A stretch of DNA of 64,000 bases from NCBI RefSeq assembly GCF_020745735.1, contig NC_083433.1, forward strand, positions 11,109,363 through 11,173,362, read 5' to 3'. Made by a program: the position numbers and the translations under genes. Each line of letters begins with the position of its first letter. The first letter of the stretch is position 1. This document shows, piece by piece, positions 48,940 through 61,993 of the stretch. The stretch is from Hemiscyllium ocellatum. Lineage: Eukaryota. The notes beneath the pieces were generated by a model that was not told where the DNA came from, did no database searches, and worked only from the letters and a program-made list of their open reading frames with translations.

Positions 48940-49330
48940 AACAGGATAGACTGTTCTGACATGAGACACTGAAAGCAAGCTCTTTACTCCGAGCTTTGTC
49001 ATGGCAAACGGTTACCAGGAGAGCAAAGGAAATGCTTCAAGGGCTTCCTCAAAGCTTTTCTGAAAGAAATAAAACATGCCCACTGCAAAAATTGGAAAAG
49101 GATCATCCAGGAAGGTGCCAATTATTTTTAAAGTCTCCGATATACCTAGATGGAGGCCAAGTGCGAAGTGCCAAATGTAAGGAGTGTGTGAAATATGATC
49201 GTCCCAACAACCCCGCTTCAGAAAATACCACCCACCTAATTTGGGCGTTGAACTGTTTTAGTCAACTCAAAACACTGGAGTGGAAGGAAGTCAGCCTTGA
49301 TCCTGATTACTGCCTGAGAAAAGAGGATAG
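48940..49330 (+). mobile_element. RTE-clade LINE 3' remnant (second remnant at ~43700-44000)
   Basis: LYSELCHGKRLPGEQRKCFK motif typical of the RTE ORF C-terminus. Confidence 0.6.
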
Positions 49331-49389
49331 ATAATAAATGCTGTCCTTACCAGTGATGTCCATGCCCATGAATAATTTGTTTATAGGGG

Positions 49390-49740
49390 GAGGCGATGAC
49401 TTAGTGGTATTATTGCTGAACTGTTCATCCACAGACGCAGATAATGTTTTCGGGACCCAGATTTGAATTCCGCCATGGCAGATTGTTGAATTTGAATTCA
49501 ATAAAAATCTGAAATTTAGAGTCTAGTAGTGACTATGAATCCATTGTCAATTGTTGGAAAAACCCGTCAGGTTCACTAACATCTTTTAGGGAAGGAATCT
49601 GCCATCCTTACTGGGTCTGGCCTACATGTGACTTCAGACCCACAGCAATGTGGTTGATTCTTAACCTCCCTCTGGGCAATTAAGGATGGTATTAAATTTT
49701 GCCTAGCCAGTGACACCCTTACCCTTGAAAGAATAAAGAA
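49390..49740 (+). mobile_element. Full-length copy of an abundant tRNA-derived shark SINE (other copies at ~6330-6620, ~18170-18800, ~25510-26300, ~52660-52945, ~56305-56630, ~61375-61730)
   Basis: tRNA-like head; shared core CTGGCCTACATGTGACTCCAGACCCACAGCAATGTGGTTGA recurs across the window. Confidence 0.75.
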
Positions 49741-50386
49741 AAATATAGATATCAACTTTGTCAACAATTGTGTAAAGATGTGGAGAGAAAAGAGAACTGC
49801 AACCATTGGAAAGCTGAAACAGAAGAAGAAGAAAAGTGGGCATGAGCCCAAACTGGATTTTTGTTTTATGAACAGATGCTGACTAATCCCAAAAAGAGAT
49901 TTGATTAAAATTTTCAAAATCATGAGTTGTGGACAGAGACGATAATGAGAAATTATTCCTGCTTCTAAAAAGGATCAAGAATGAGAGGGCATGGGTTTAA
50001 AGTAATTGACAAAATAATAAAATTAAATGTGAGAGAAAGAGAATTCAAATACTAGTTAGGGTCTGGAATGCACGTTCTGGTCGTATAGTGGAGGCAGGTC
50101 TAATCAAGACATTCAAGAGGGCATAAGATGTTTATTCGAATAAGAGTAATGTGCAAGGTTATGGAAATAAGGTAGGATATTGAGATGCTAAATCATAGAT
50201 GCCCATTTAACAGAGCTGAGAGGGGTCTTGCCTCAGATGGTAGTGAATCTATGGAATTCATTACCTCAGAAGGCTGTCGAGGCTGGGTCTTTTGGTATAT
50301 TCAAGGCTGAGAGTTTTTACTCAGTCAGGGAAACAAAGGTTATGGGAAAAAGGGAGGAAAGTGGAGTTTAGGATTATCAGAAAAAC

Positions 50387-50570
50387 CATGATTTGGAGAT
50401 GCCGGTGTTGGATTGGTGCGTACAAAATTAAAAATCACACAACACGTTATAGTCCAACAGGTTTAATTAGAAGCACTCGCTTTCAGTGCGCTGTTCCTTC
50501 ATCCACCTGATGAAGCAGCAGCTCCGAAAGCTAGTGCTTCCAATTAAACCTGTTGAACTATAACCTGGTG
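50387..50570. mobile_element. Palindromic hammerhead mini-element (GAAAGCTA family) in a CR1 tail
   Basis: TSD TCAGAAAAAC (50377-50386, 50571-50580). CAC-CTGATGA(50507)-AGCAGCAGCTCC-GAAA-GCTA-GTG. Confidence 0.78.
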
Positions 50571-50673
50571 TCAGAAAAACATGATCTAATTGGATGGTGG
50601 AGCAGATTCAATGGCTGAATGGCCTACATTCATCTTGTGGTCATTTGGAAAAACAGAGCAGATAGGATGGGTT

Positions 50674-51302
50674 GATTAGATTAGATTACTTACAGTGTGG
50701 AAACAGGCCCTTCAGCCCAACAAGTCCACACCGACCCGCCGAAGCGCAACCCACCCATTCCCCTACATTTACCCAACACTGCGGGCAATTTAGCACGACC
50801 AATTCACCTAACCTGCACATCTTTGGACTGTGGGAGGAAACTGGAGCACCTGGAGGAAACCCACACAGACACAGGGAGAATGTGCAAACTCCACACAGTC
50901 AGTCGCCTGAGTTGGGAATAGAACCCAAGCAGCACGGTGGCACAGTGGTTAGCACTGCTGCCTCACAGCGCCAGGGACCTGGGTTCAATTCCCGCCTCAG
51001 GCGACTGACTGTGTGGAGTTTGCACATTCTCCCCGTGTCTGCGTGGGTTTCCTCCGGGTGCTCCGGTTTCCTCCCACAGTCACAAAGATGTGCGGGCCAG
51101 GTGAATTGGCCATGCTAAATTGCCCGTAGTGTTAGGTAAGGGGTATATGTAGGGGTATGGGTGGGTTGCGCTTCGGCGGGTCGGTGTGGACTTGTTGGGC
51201 CGAAGGGCCTGTTTCCACACTGTAAGTAATCTAATCTAAAAAAAAACCGGGTCTCTGGCGCCATGAGGCAGCAGTGCTAACCACTGTGCCACCGTGCCGC
51301 CC
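50674..51302 (-). mobile_element. HE1-type V-SINE split by an oppositely oriented copy
   Basis: 5' part 51247-51302, 3' part 50674-50926. Confidence 0.9.
50927..51246 (+). mobile_element. Young HE1-type V-SINE inserted at the B box of another copy
   Basis: CpG-intact, consensus-like copy ending in GTAAGTAATCTAATCT-polyA. Confidence 0.92.
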
Positions 51303-51419
51303 ACAAAGTTGAAAGTTCTCTTTCTACAGTGTAACAATCTGTGATACTCAATACAGATCTCACAAGGAAGTTTAATAATACAGGTAATTAGGAGCACAGT
51401 TGGCCAGGTATAGTGTCAG

Positions 51420-51798
51420 GTGGACATAAGGGGAGCTGCAGGGACCAGTGGTCCTCCAGAGCTGTAGGGGGCGCGCGCAGGTTGACACTGGCCAGTCGCT
51501 GACCATCGGCTGAAGGCCCCCGACCACTTGCTGCAAATACAACAGCGAACCGGCCCCAACTTTCTGTCTCTTTGTTAGAATGTGTTACCGTGTTTCATGT
51601 CAATATTCACGCCGAGTAATTTAATATTTACGGCACGTACGTAGAAGCGTGCGCATGCTCATCGGCCGCCAGCACCGCCCTTGGAATCACATCCGCCCTT
51701 GCACCGGTGCCTCCGTTTCCTTCCGGTTGAGGCAAGACAAACGCACTTCCTGTTTGGGGCCCTGTGCTGTTTGGGTGAATCTGAGACGAGAATTAAAG
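51420..51798 (+). promoter_or_regulatory. NOSIP: NOSIP CpG-rich promoter and non-coding exon 1
   Basis: CpG-rich. NRF1-like GCGTGCGCATGCTC (51647-51660), CCGCCC GC boxes, ETS sites CTTCCGG (51720-51726) and ACTTCCTG (51745-51752), donor AAG|GTACAG after 51798. Confidence 0.75.
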
Positions 51799-53630
51799 GT
51801 ACAGGTTTGGATGAAAATAGTCAAGCAGTCTATAATTAAAGGGGTATTTTGGTAAATGTTTGTTTGTAATAATAGAAGAAGTAATAATTTTGAATAAGGC
51901 ATTAAATATAAATGCTTGAAGGGGAACCTTTGTAAGGCTCTGAGGCTGTGTATATGAAAGTACTAGTGCAGCTACTGTGGGCCGAATAGCCTTATTCTAT
52001 GTATTATTGTGCGTTTTTAAATGCATCTTTCAGCCTGTACATTAGGGATACCTCGATGGAGCCCATAGCCCTGAGTTGACAATCCAGTGCAGTATTCATG
52101 GACTGTCAGAGGAGCCACCTTTTGGATGTAGGAACACCTCAAGTTCCCCTCCAAGCCACGACTACATTGTCATTTCTTCAGTATTGGTGGGCCAAACACT
52201 TGGATCTCTCTCTCTCTCTCTCTCTCCCAACAATATGCTGCAGCCGTTCAAGTAGAAATGTCTGTCCCGCAGTGGATGTACCAGATCCCATGGTCACTGT
52301 CTGAAGAAGAAGAATGCAGTTCTCACTTGTGTCCTGGCCAATATTTATCCCTCACCAAATTTTGTTTAAAAGAGAATGGTTTCACTGGTCAGTTGTGGTT
52401 TCTCAGATTAATGCAAAATGTTGTGTTCTTTGTCAGAGATTATAAGCTATCCTGACATTTAATGCATATGAAATGGATGTTTTTCAAATGTCAAGAGTTT
52501 CTATAGGAACACTCTGTATTTAACAGTGAAGTAATCATGTTTTGATTTTAACTCCTTTCTACTTAAGATTTTGCTTGTTGAGTTTTGATGGGCTGAAAAG
52601 CTTAATTGATTTTTGTTGTTCTTTTATGAAATGTGATCAGTCCTACTTACACTTGGACTGAGTGACTTCTAGACCATTTTGGAGGACAGTTAAGAGTCAC
52701 ATTGCTGTGGGTCTGGAGATGTGTTTCGCCCAGACTGGTTGAGGATGGCATATTTCCTTCCTTAAAGGACATTAGTGAACCAAACTGTCTTTAACAACAA
52801 TTGATGATTGTTAATATGGTCTGTTATTGAAACTCTGTGTTCCAGATTTATTAATTCAATTTTAAAGTCCCCATGATCCCAGCATATTAGACTGGGTGTC
52901 TGGACTACTCGTGCAGTGACATTATGCTTTGTCACTATCTCCCCATTGACATTGTATTCACTGATGTTGAGGAATATAGGAACTGGAATAGGCTATTCAG
53001 CTCGTCAAGCCTGCCCTACCATTCAAACGATCATGGTTGATTGAACACTTCAATGCCTTTCTTCACTCCCATCTTTAACCCTGAACACTTGGATGTCAAA
53101 AATCTATCAATTTCTACCTTCAACAGACTCAAAGACTCAATTTATATGATCATCTGTGATAGAGAAGTCCAAAGATTCACAGTGCTCTGAGTTAAAAAAA
53201 AAATCTCATCTCTCATCCCATTTATTTTAAAATTATGTCCCTTGTTTCTGAACTCAACCAGTTTCCAACCAGGGAAACATCTTGCCTGCATCTATTTTAA
53301 GAGAGATCACCTCTCTTTTTTTTTAAACTTGAGAGAATAAAAGCCAAGTTTGCTCAATTTCTTTTCGTAAGGATAGTCCAGTTGTCCCTGGAACAATTCT
53401 GGTTAAGTTGTTTGCTGCACTTTGTTTATGTAAATAATATCTTTCCTGAGATAAAGGGACCAAAACTACACACGGGTGCAACTAAATCAAGCTCCTATAC
53501 AATTGAGGCAAAGCTTCATCATTCCTGTACTCAATTCATGCTGCAATAAGGGTGAATGTTCCATTAGCCTTCCTTATAGCTTGCTGAAAATCTTTTTGTC
53601 CCTACAGGTCATACGGCTGATGTATAAGTG

Positions 53631-53700
53631 ATGACAAGACACGGGAAGAACTGCACAGCGGGGGCTGTATATACCTATTACGAGAAGAAAAAGGACACAG
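53631..53700 (+). CDS. NOSIP: NOSIP first coding exon
   Basis: MTRHGKNCTAGAVYTYYEKKKDT(A), near-identical to the recalled vertebrate NOSIP N-terminus. Acceptor at 53606-53607, phase-1 donor CAG|GTACGG. Confidence 0.96.
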
Positions 53701-54489
53701 GTACGGGGATGGAGATTGGAGGGTGAATTTGATATTGTACATGAGTTATAAATGGGAGGTGTCCCAAGGCCCATGCCTCCAAGTCCCCCTCCAAGCCACT
53801 GACTGGAAGATGTAGCTAGTCTGCTCCTTTACTGTCACCTGGTCAAATTCTGAATCTTCCTTCAGTCTTGCAGGAACATCGTCACCATACAATCGTTCAG
53901 ATGAACAGACTACAGTAGAACAAGAGGTAATTCATTCCCCATCACCTTCTCAATGGCAACTAGGGTTATTTTTCTTCAGGATGTGGGGCCAAGTGGGAGG
54001 AGACATGCTGCAGGTTGAGTGGAAGGAACAGCCAGGATCAGACATCTCTAAAGAGATCTTCTGGGTTGAGCAACTCGCTGAGATTGCCCATAGTTCAGGT
54101 CACTTTGAGAGAGCAGCGAGGGAGAGAGATGGAGATGAGGATGAAACTGGCTTTGTAATAAAAGCATCTATGGTCTACCCGATATTAACAATTGGAACTA
54201 ATAGGTGAATAACTGGAAACCACTCCACAGGTCAGGCAACATCTGTGAAAAGAGAAACACACAGAGCTAACATTTTCAGATCAAAGATATTATGACATAG
54301 TCTGAGCCAAAACCAATGATCACCCTGAACTGTTTGCTCTGTTTCTCTCAAGAATTATTTATTTAGTGAATGCAAATCCCTGGATCCAAGCGATTGCCTC
54401 ATTATTTGTTGAGTTTAAGGTTATTAGTTGCTACATTCTATAAAGGGGTTACTCCTCAATAATGTGCAGTATCTCTGCCTCTCCAGAAG

Positions 54490-55075
54490 TGCTAAAGAGA
54501 TTTTGTACTGAGGCCTCCGTGGTGTAAGTTATCTGTGCAGGAGTCTTGTTTGTCCTGAACCTGCTTAACAAGAGCTGCTACTTGTGCCATTGTAGTTCCA
54601 AGTCTACCAATTGACAGAGGGGGTTTGTCACAAGGAATTTATTCATGAATTTGTGTCCTTGATCCGAAGGGTGTTTGTGGATGGACCTACTCAGGAAGGT
54701 TGCTCTGTGTCAGGCTGAGATGGAAGGCTGGCAGTAAGTGGCTTGAGCAGGTCATTGTGGATGAGGAAGGGGTAAGGAAGGCACAGCACGGAAGCATTCA
54801 ACCAGCTCGTGGATTTTCATCACAGTGGATGTGTGCAGCAGCATGGTTTGTGAAGCCAGGAAACCGAGGAGCGGTGTGGAGCAGGAGATTATGATGCTGC
54901 AGTGTTGCATTCAGTTCTGTGTCGGCAAGATGTATCAGTGCCATGACCTTTGCCAGACAGGTGCACAGTGCTCTGCTGTGGAGCATGATCAAGCAAGCGC
55001 TGAGGTCTGAAGTGTATTCAGCGGGATTAGATCGGTGTTGTCCATATAGCTACAGAATTAGGTTTGCCATGGTTA
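54490..55075 (-). mobile_element. Decayed Ingi/Vingi-like LINE fragment
   Basis: Frameshifted minus translation LQTSALA..STAEHCAPVWQRS..HLADTELNAT..NKFLVTNP..SRFRT resembles the Ingi/Vingi RT C-terminal region. Confidence 0.6.
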
Positions 55076-55126
55076 AGGTTGCTGCTGTGATCCCAATAAA
55101 CTGACTGATTCTCCCTTCTCCCTCAG

Positions 55127-55232
55127 CTGTTTCGGGGTATGGGACACAATCCCTGCGCCTCAGTAAAGATGCCATCAAGGATTTTGACTGCTGCTGTTTG
55201 TCATTGCAACCCTGCACAGATCCAGTTATAAC
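55127..55232 (+). CDS. NOSIP: NOSIP coding exon 2 (U-box/RING-like region)
   Basis: (A)VSGYGTQSLRLSKDAIKDFDCCCLSLQPCTDPVI(T); canonical splice sites, AC|GTGAGT donor. Confidence 0.96.
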
Positions 55233-55382
55233 GTGAGTCCTTCTCATTTTCCCACCCTTTGGTATTCCTCTCTTGGAAGCTGTAGATCCCTTGGAATCAA
55301 ATCTAACTCCTGCTGGGGTCTCCATGCGTGGTAGTAGCTCCTGTATCTGCAATCAGGTTAATGGTGACTGAGCAAATCAAAT

Positions 55383-56270
55383 TAGAGTCATAGAGTCAGA
55401 GATGTACAGCATGGAAATAGACCCTCTGGTCCAACCTGTCTATGCTGACCAGATATCCCTACCTAATCTCGTCCCATTTGCCGGCATTTGGCCCATATCC
55501 CTCAACCCTTCCTTTCAAGTACCCATCCAGATGCCTTTTAAATGTTGCAATTGTACCAGCCTCCACCACTTCCTCTGGCAGCTCATTCCATATATGCTCC
55601 ACCCTCTGTGTGAAAAAGTTACCCTTAGGTCCCTTTTATGTCTTTCCCCTCTCAACCTAAACCAATGCCCTCTAGTTCTGGACTTCCCCACCCCAGGGAA
55701 AAGACTTTGTCTATTTATCCTATCCATATTCCTCATGATTTTATAAACCTCTGAGGTCACCCCTCAGCCTTCGATGCTCCAGGGAAAACCGATCAGCCTA
55801 TTCACCCTCTCTCTCTACAGTTCAAATCCTCCAACCCTGCCAACATCCTTGTAAGTCATTTCTGACCCATTTCAAGTTTCACAACATCCTTCCGGTAAGA
55901 AGGAGATCAGAATTGCATGCAATATTCCAAAGGTGGCCTAACCAATGCCCTGTACAGCCACAACATGACCTCCCAACTCCTGTACTCAATACTCTGACCA
56001 ATAAAAGAAAACATACCAAACGCCTGTTCACTATCCTATCTACCTGCGACTACTCTCAAGGAGCTATCTGTACTCCAAGGTCTCTTTGTTCAGCAACACC
56101 TCCTCAGAGCTTACGATTAAGTGTATAAGTCCTGCTAACATTTGCTTTTCCAAAATGCAGCACCTCGCGTTTATCTAAATTAAACTCCATTTGCCACTGC
56201 TCAGCCCTTTGGTCCATCTGATTAAGATCATATTGTAATTTGAGGTAACCTTCTTCACTGTCCTCTACAC
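55383..56270 (-). mobile_element. CR1/HER1 3' fragment in a NOSIP intron (similar fragments at ~52970-53580, ~58040-58425, ~58975-59630, ~62880-63320)
   Basis: Homologous to 26305-27040. Confidence 0.85.
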
Positions 56271-57706
56271 TTCTTGAATATGGTTGATGGTATTTATTGC
56301 GAAAGGCAATGGCCTAGTGGTATTATTGCTGCACTGTTAATTCAGGGACCCAGGTAATATTCTAGGAACTATGGTTCAAATCCTGCCATGGCAGATGATG
56401 GTATTTGAATTCAATTTTGAAAAAATAACCTGGAGTTAAGAATCTGCTTGTTGATTGTCGGAAAACCAATCTGGTTCATTAATGTTGATTAGGAAAGGAA
56501 GCTTCCATCCTTATCTGGTCTGGACTACATGTGACTCCAGACCCACAGCAATGTGGTTGACTGTTAGCTGCCCTATGTTGGCAGGAAATGTTGGCCTAGC
56601 CTGTGAGGTTGTCAACCCCCTAATTGAATTTTTTTAAAAATTCAGATTTTAAGTGCATTAATATCTACATAGACAGCGTATTATGTAATAAGTTGAACTT
56701 GCAACATGGCTCGTTTACACTTACCAGAAATGACGTACATTCATTTACAGGGATCCATTCTCTGCAAAAAGAAGGAATATGCCCAAGCCTTGCATTGTCT
56801 TTGGGTTACACGGGAGCCTATCTGCTTGCTGATACTTTGGCTGAGACATTGCCACAGAGAATCAGATTCAACTTGTTAACCAATCAACATGCTTTCCTCC
56901 TTTTAGTATGAATTGTTGTGACAGTTTAAAATTTGACATTCTCGCATTTATCCTGATGATGGGTGCAAGACAAAACATTTTGGTGCCCGGTCTCTCTATG
57001 TCAGTCTTGGAGCTCTCTGCAAGCAAGTGATTCAATCACATTTTTATTAGATCAGATTCCCAAGATCATTGTATTTTGGGATTGCTCTCTGTAATTCTGA
57101 ACACTCTTCCCATCAAAATGAGCAAATCTGCCTATACTTGTCTCGGTAACGAATAGTTGCAGGATACTCAATGGTTACAACCAGAAATAGACAGTAACAC
57201 TGGAGTTCTCTCTGGTGTTTGTTCAACAGTTCAGAAGTTTTATGGTCACTCTTGCAGTTTCAGATTTCATGTTCTCAATTAATTACATGCCTTCAAATTC
57301 CTCAGCCTCTGCAGTGGAACTTGAACTCATGAATTTGGCTATTGATGCAGGACTCTGGGTTGCCAGACCTTTATTGTAATCATGCTGTTGTTGTACTCCC
57401 ATAATCTCATTGTTGTTTGTGAGAACTTCTGTCCATATTTCCTACTTTACCACAATGTCTATGCTTCAGAAGCATTCCATTGGCTGTCAAGTGCTTTGGC
57501 ACTGAGCTTGTAACAGACCTGATTAAAAATGAAAGATCTTTCTTAACATGATGCCGTTTCTGCATTAAACCTTTAAAAGTGTATTCCTCAGCGTATTTAT
57601 CCTCTGCCTGGTCAGAATATTATTCAACGTAAATCCATTGGTGTTTAATGCTGAAAAGGTGAAGGATTTGTCCCTAAATATTTCTTGTTTTTTTTTCATT
57701 ATGCAG

Positions 57707-57788
57707 GCCTGATGGTTATATATATGAAAAGGAAGCAATTCTGGAATATATCTTGCACCAGAAAACTGAAATTGCTAAGAAAATAAAG
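57707..57788 (+). CDS. NOSIP: NOSIP coding exon 3
   Basis: (T)PDGYIYEKEAILEYILHQKTEIAKKIK; phases 2/0 consistent. Confidence 0.96.
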
Positions 57789-59684
57789 GTAGATTTCCCT
57801 TTCTCAACTCTTCATCCTGCTACCCCCTTCACCTGAATATCATTCTTTTCTATCATTTCTGTCTGTCTCCCTTTCTCACTCTCCCACTGCCTCTCTCAAA
57901 CTCTGTCTGCATTCTTCCCCAATTTTCCTCTTTCTCTTCCTTTCTTGCGATCTATGAATTGAGAGGATGTTGCTATTGATAACCATACACTCCCTGCCAG
58001 AAGTTGTTTGTTTGTGTGGGATGATGTTCCACAGGAATTAGTCATAGAGCTGTACAGCATGGAAACAGACCCACTGGTCCAACCTGTCCATGTCAACCAG
58101 GTATCCTAACCCAACTTAGTCCCGTTTGTCAGCATTTGGCCTATATCCCTTTAAACCCTTCCTATTCATATACCCATCCAGATCCTTTTGACTATTGTAA
58201 TTGTCCCAGTGTCCATCACTTCCTTTGACTAATTCCACATGTGCACCATCCTCAGTATGAAACAGTTGCCCCTTAAGTCCCTTTTAAATATTTTCCCTCT
58301 CACCTTAAACCTATGTGTTCTAGCTTTGGACTCTGCCACCTGGGGAAAAGACTTTGTCTGTTCACCCTATTCATGTCCTTCATGATCTTATAAACCTCTT
58401 TAAGGTCACCCATCAGCCTCCGAAGCTTTCTATTTGTTCAAATACCTATTTTTCAGTGTGGGTCAAGTGAGTAGGTGCTGATTTGCTAATGACTGTAATT
58501 GGAGTCAAATTGAAATCTGCCCTTTTGTCCATGAATGAATTTTTGTTTGGGTAGAATGCAGCTGATGGATGGTGTTGTGACTGGGAGCACCGGGCTGACA
58601 TGAATTCTCCAGACCCTCTGGCTGAGGTTGACCTTGTTTATTGGAAGGACGCATATGGGCAAGTTTTTATTATAGCAAGAAGGAATGTGGAGTGAAATTT
58701 TGATTCGCCCTTGATAGAGACTCTGATTCTTTATTATAAAGATCGGAAGAGATAACACATTGAAAGCAGACCCAACAGAGCGCGACACCAAATGAACAGA
58801 TTGAAACTGTCCTGTGTACAATGGTTTCTAGCACATGTTTGCTCCATGTAATGGACAATAGGAAATATAGCTGGCCCTTGAGCCTGAGTCAATAAAATGT
58901 GGAGCTGGAAAAAGCACAGCTGGTCAAACAGCATCAGAGGAGCAGGAGAGTTGATATTTCAGGTCAGGACTGAAGTCCCTTGAGCCTGCTCCACCATTTT
59001 CCTTAAAAATGCTATTTTCCTGCATTATCCCCATAGCTTTTTGTACCTTTTAATATCTAGACACCCACAGATATTTGTCTTGAATGACTAAACCTCCACA
59101 ACCCTCTGGGGGAAAGAATTCTAAATATTTACTGGCCTCTGGGTGAAGACAGTTTTCCTTATCTCAGTACTAAATAGCTGATCCCTTATTCCAATACTCT
59201 ATCCCTGGTTCTAGACCCTCCAGCCAGGAGAGGCATCTTTCCTGCATCTATCCTCAATAGACAGTGTGCCATTCCTTGGATAAGGGATCTAAAACTGCTA
59301 CACAATACTCCAGGTGCCACCTCACCGAGTTTTTATGTAGTTGTAGTGAGACATCTCTCCTCCTGTACTCAATCTGCCTTAAATAAAAGCCAATTTGCCA
59401 TTTACCTTCCAGCAGCTGCACCTGTATGTTAACTTTTAATGACATGGATAAAGACACTTTGGTCTGTTTTGGACATCAACATTTCCCAATCTAAATCATT
59501 TACAAAATCCATGCATTTCTGTTATTCTTACCATTGTGAATAAATTTACATTTTGCCACACTATACTCCATCTGCCATGTTCATGCCTCTCACTGAGCTT
59601 GCCTAGATACTTTTTGCATCCTCCTCAGTAAGAATATGGCACGTAAGGATATGAGATGATATTCCCGGAACATAGGATCCCGAG

Positions 59685-59992
59685 ATTAAATTATCTACGG
59701 TATGGAAACCGGCCCTTCGGCCCAACAAGTCCACACTGACCCTCCGAAGAGCAACCCATCCAGATCCATTCCACTTCCTTATGTTTACTCCTGACTAATG
59801 CACCTAACACTATGGGCAATTTAGCACGGCCAATTCACCTGGCTAGCACATCTTTGGATTGTGAGAGGAAACCCACACAGACACGGGGAGAATGTGCAAA
59901 CTCCACACAGACAGTTGGCTGAGGCTGGAATTGAACTCCGGTCCCTGGCGCTGTGAGGCAGCAGTGCTAACCACTGAGCCACCATGCTGCCC
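59685..59992 (-). mobile_element. HE1-type V-SINE
   Basis: Reverse complement of the head, V-domain and tail. Confidence 0.87.
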
Positions 59993-61993
59993 AGGATAAA
60001 CGTAGAGAGGCTGTTTTTTCTTGTGGTAGAATCTAGAACTAGGGGCCACTGGTTTACAATATTGGAGCTACCCAGTTAAGTCAGACCAGGAGAATTTTTT
60101 TTCTCAGTGGTTTGAAAATCTTTCTTGAAAGATTTTGGGAGCAGATTCTTTCATATTTTAAGGCAGTGAGAGATTGTTGGGAGTAGATTATTAAGGATAG
60201 CTGGGCATGTAGAGTAATCAGCTCAGCCACTGACTTATTGACAAGCCTAGCAAGCTAGAGAGGGGCGAATGCCCTACTCCTGCTTCTAATTCGCACATTT
60301 ATACAAATATATCAGGATAAAGGGAGAGACATTTCAATCCAGTCATTTTGAGTCAACCAGCCCCTGTCAGAGTTTGTGGTTAAATCCAGTATACACAGTA
60401 CAGAAGGAGTTATCACCGAATCATTATGGTGCAGAAGGATGCCAATCTGGCCTCTTCAATCTGTACCTGGTTCTCTGAATGAATATCTTACTTTGTGCCC
60501 TTCTCCCTGTAATCCCGGGCAGTCCTCAGGCTGTGAGGTTCCATTCTCGATACGATCGCAAGGCGGTTTGATAGAAGTTGTAACCCAATACAGAACCATT
60601 TATAAGAATGAGGAAGCCAATAAATATTAACATTAATATTAATTGTAATTAATGTTAATATACCCCTGTAAGGGATCTCATTCATGAACTGGGACTGTCT
60701 GTGGCACCTTTTCAGTGAGCAGCTGATTTCTCTTCTGAATGCTTCCAGCACACTGTGTTTTGCAGGGCCTTAAATGCTCACTGCATGTTAAAGCTTTTAT
60801 CCTATATTATTTTTGCTTGTATTGCCAGTTATTTTAAACCTGTGCTGTCTCGATTTCAATCCTTGCAGGAGTGGAAACCGTTTCTTCCTATCTGCTCTGT
60901 TTGGTCATTGCCACTTACTGCATTTATGTTAAAAAAAGTTCTTCCTCATGTTCCAGCCCTTATACCATCAGTTAATGTGAAGAGCTTTTATTTTTTAATC
61001 TATCTTGTCCAAACTTGTCATAATTTTGTACACTTTGATCAGAGCTCCCCTCAATCTCCATGAAGAACAACTCTACTTTCTCCAACCTGACCCAATAGTG
61101 GTACCATTTCTGGTTTTTAAAAAAAAAATCCTTCACATTCTCATGTCCTTCGATAAAGTCAACCAGAACTGGATGCATTGCTCAAGTTACTAACGTTACA
61201 TTGATTTAGTAAAGTATCTTAACCACGTGTTGTTCAGAGTTTCTCTGCTCTTTATGGATAGTGTCGGATAGCTCCATTAGGGCAGAAGAAATGCATGTTG
61301 TATATAAATGCCCACAGTGATTACACCTGGACATGTTCCTGGTGACTTGTGGGAAAGGCTTTGGTGTTTGCTTTTTTAATATATATCACTCATGGGTTGT
61401 AGGCGTTGTGACCTCATTAGTTGCCCTTGAGATTGTGTCAGACAGCTGTGTCATTCAGCCAGAGGGGTGGTTAAGAGTCAACCACATTGCTGTGGGTCTG
61501 AAGTTACATGGAGGCCAGACTGGGTAAGGATGGCACATTTTCTTCCCTAAAACGCCATTGGTGATGGAGTTTTAATGGCAGGTTTCATGGTCATCGTTAG
61601 ATTTTTAACTCCAGATTTTTATTGCATTCAAATTCTGCCATCTGCCATGGTTGGATTTGAGCCCAGCTTCCCAGAACATCAGTCTCTGGATTCAACGACA
61701 ATAGCACTAGACCACTGACTCCAGTAAACGGTCCCTCAGCTACGATAACCCAGAGGTATCTTCCCAGATTTAACAATTGCTCGGTCAACATGAAACATGG
61801 TTCCGTTGAGATTTGAACTCAGGTGGCAGAATTCAAATTCCAGAGTGCTAACTGTTGCACTATATTCTGACAATTTGATCGACATAAGAGACATCAGGGA
61901 CTTGTTGTTGCACAGGCAATTGTGGGTATTACCCTGCGCTTCGGTTACGTGTATTTAGAATTGTAAAATTTGTTTTCTCTCTTAATTTCCCAG

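Noticed and set aside
13600-56990. Possible fifth hammerhead family (GTCCTGATGAGTGCAAGAC-like at ~13640, ~22810, ~56952)
   Set aside because: Every copy lacks an intact GAAA or stem II; too decayed to support.
1061-59992. tRNA genes at TGGCTCAGTGG...GGTTCRA motifs
   Set aside because: All run into V-domain or other SINE bodies; they are SINE heads, not tRNAs.
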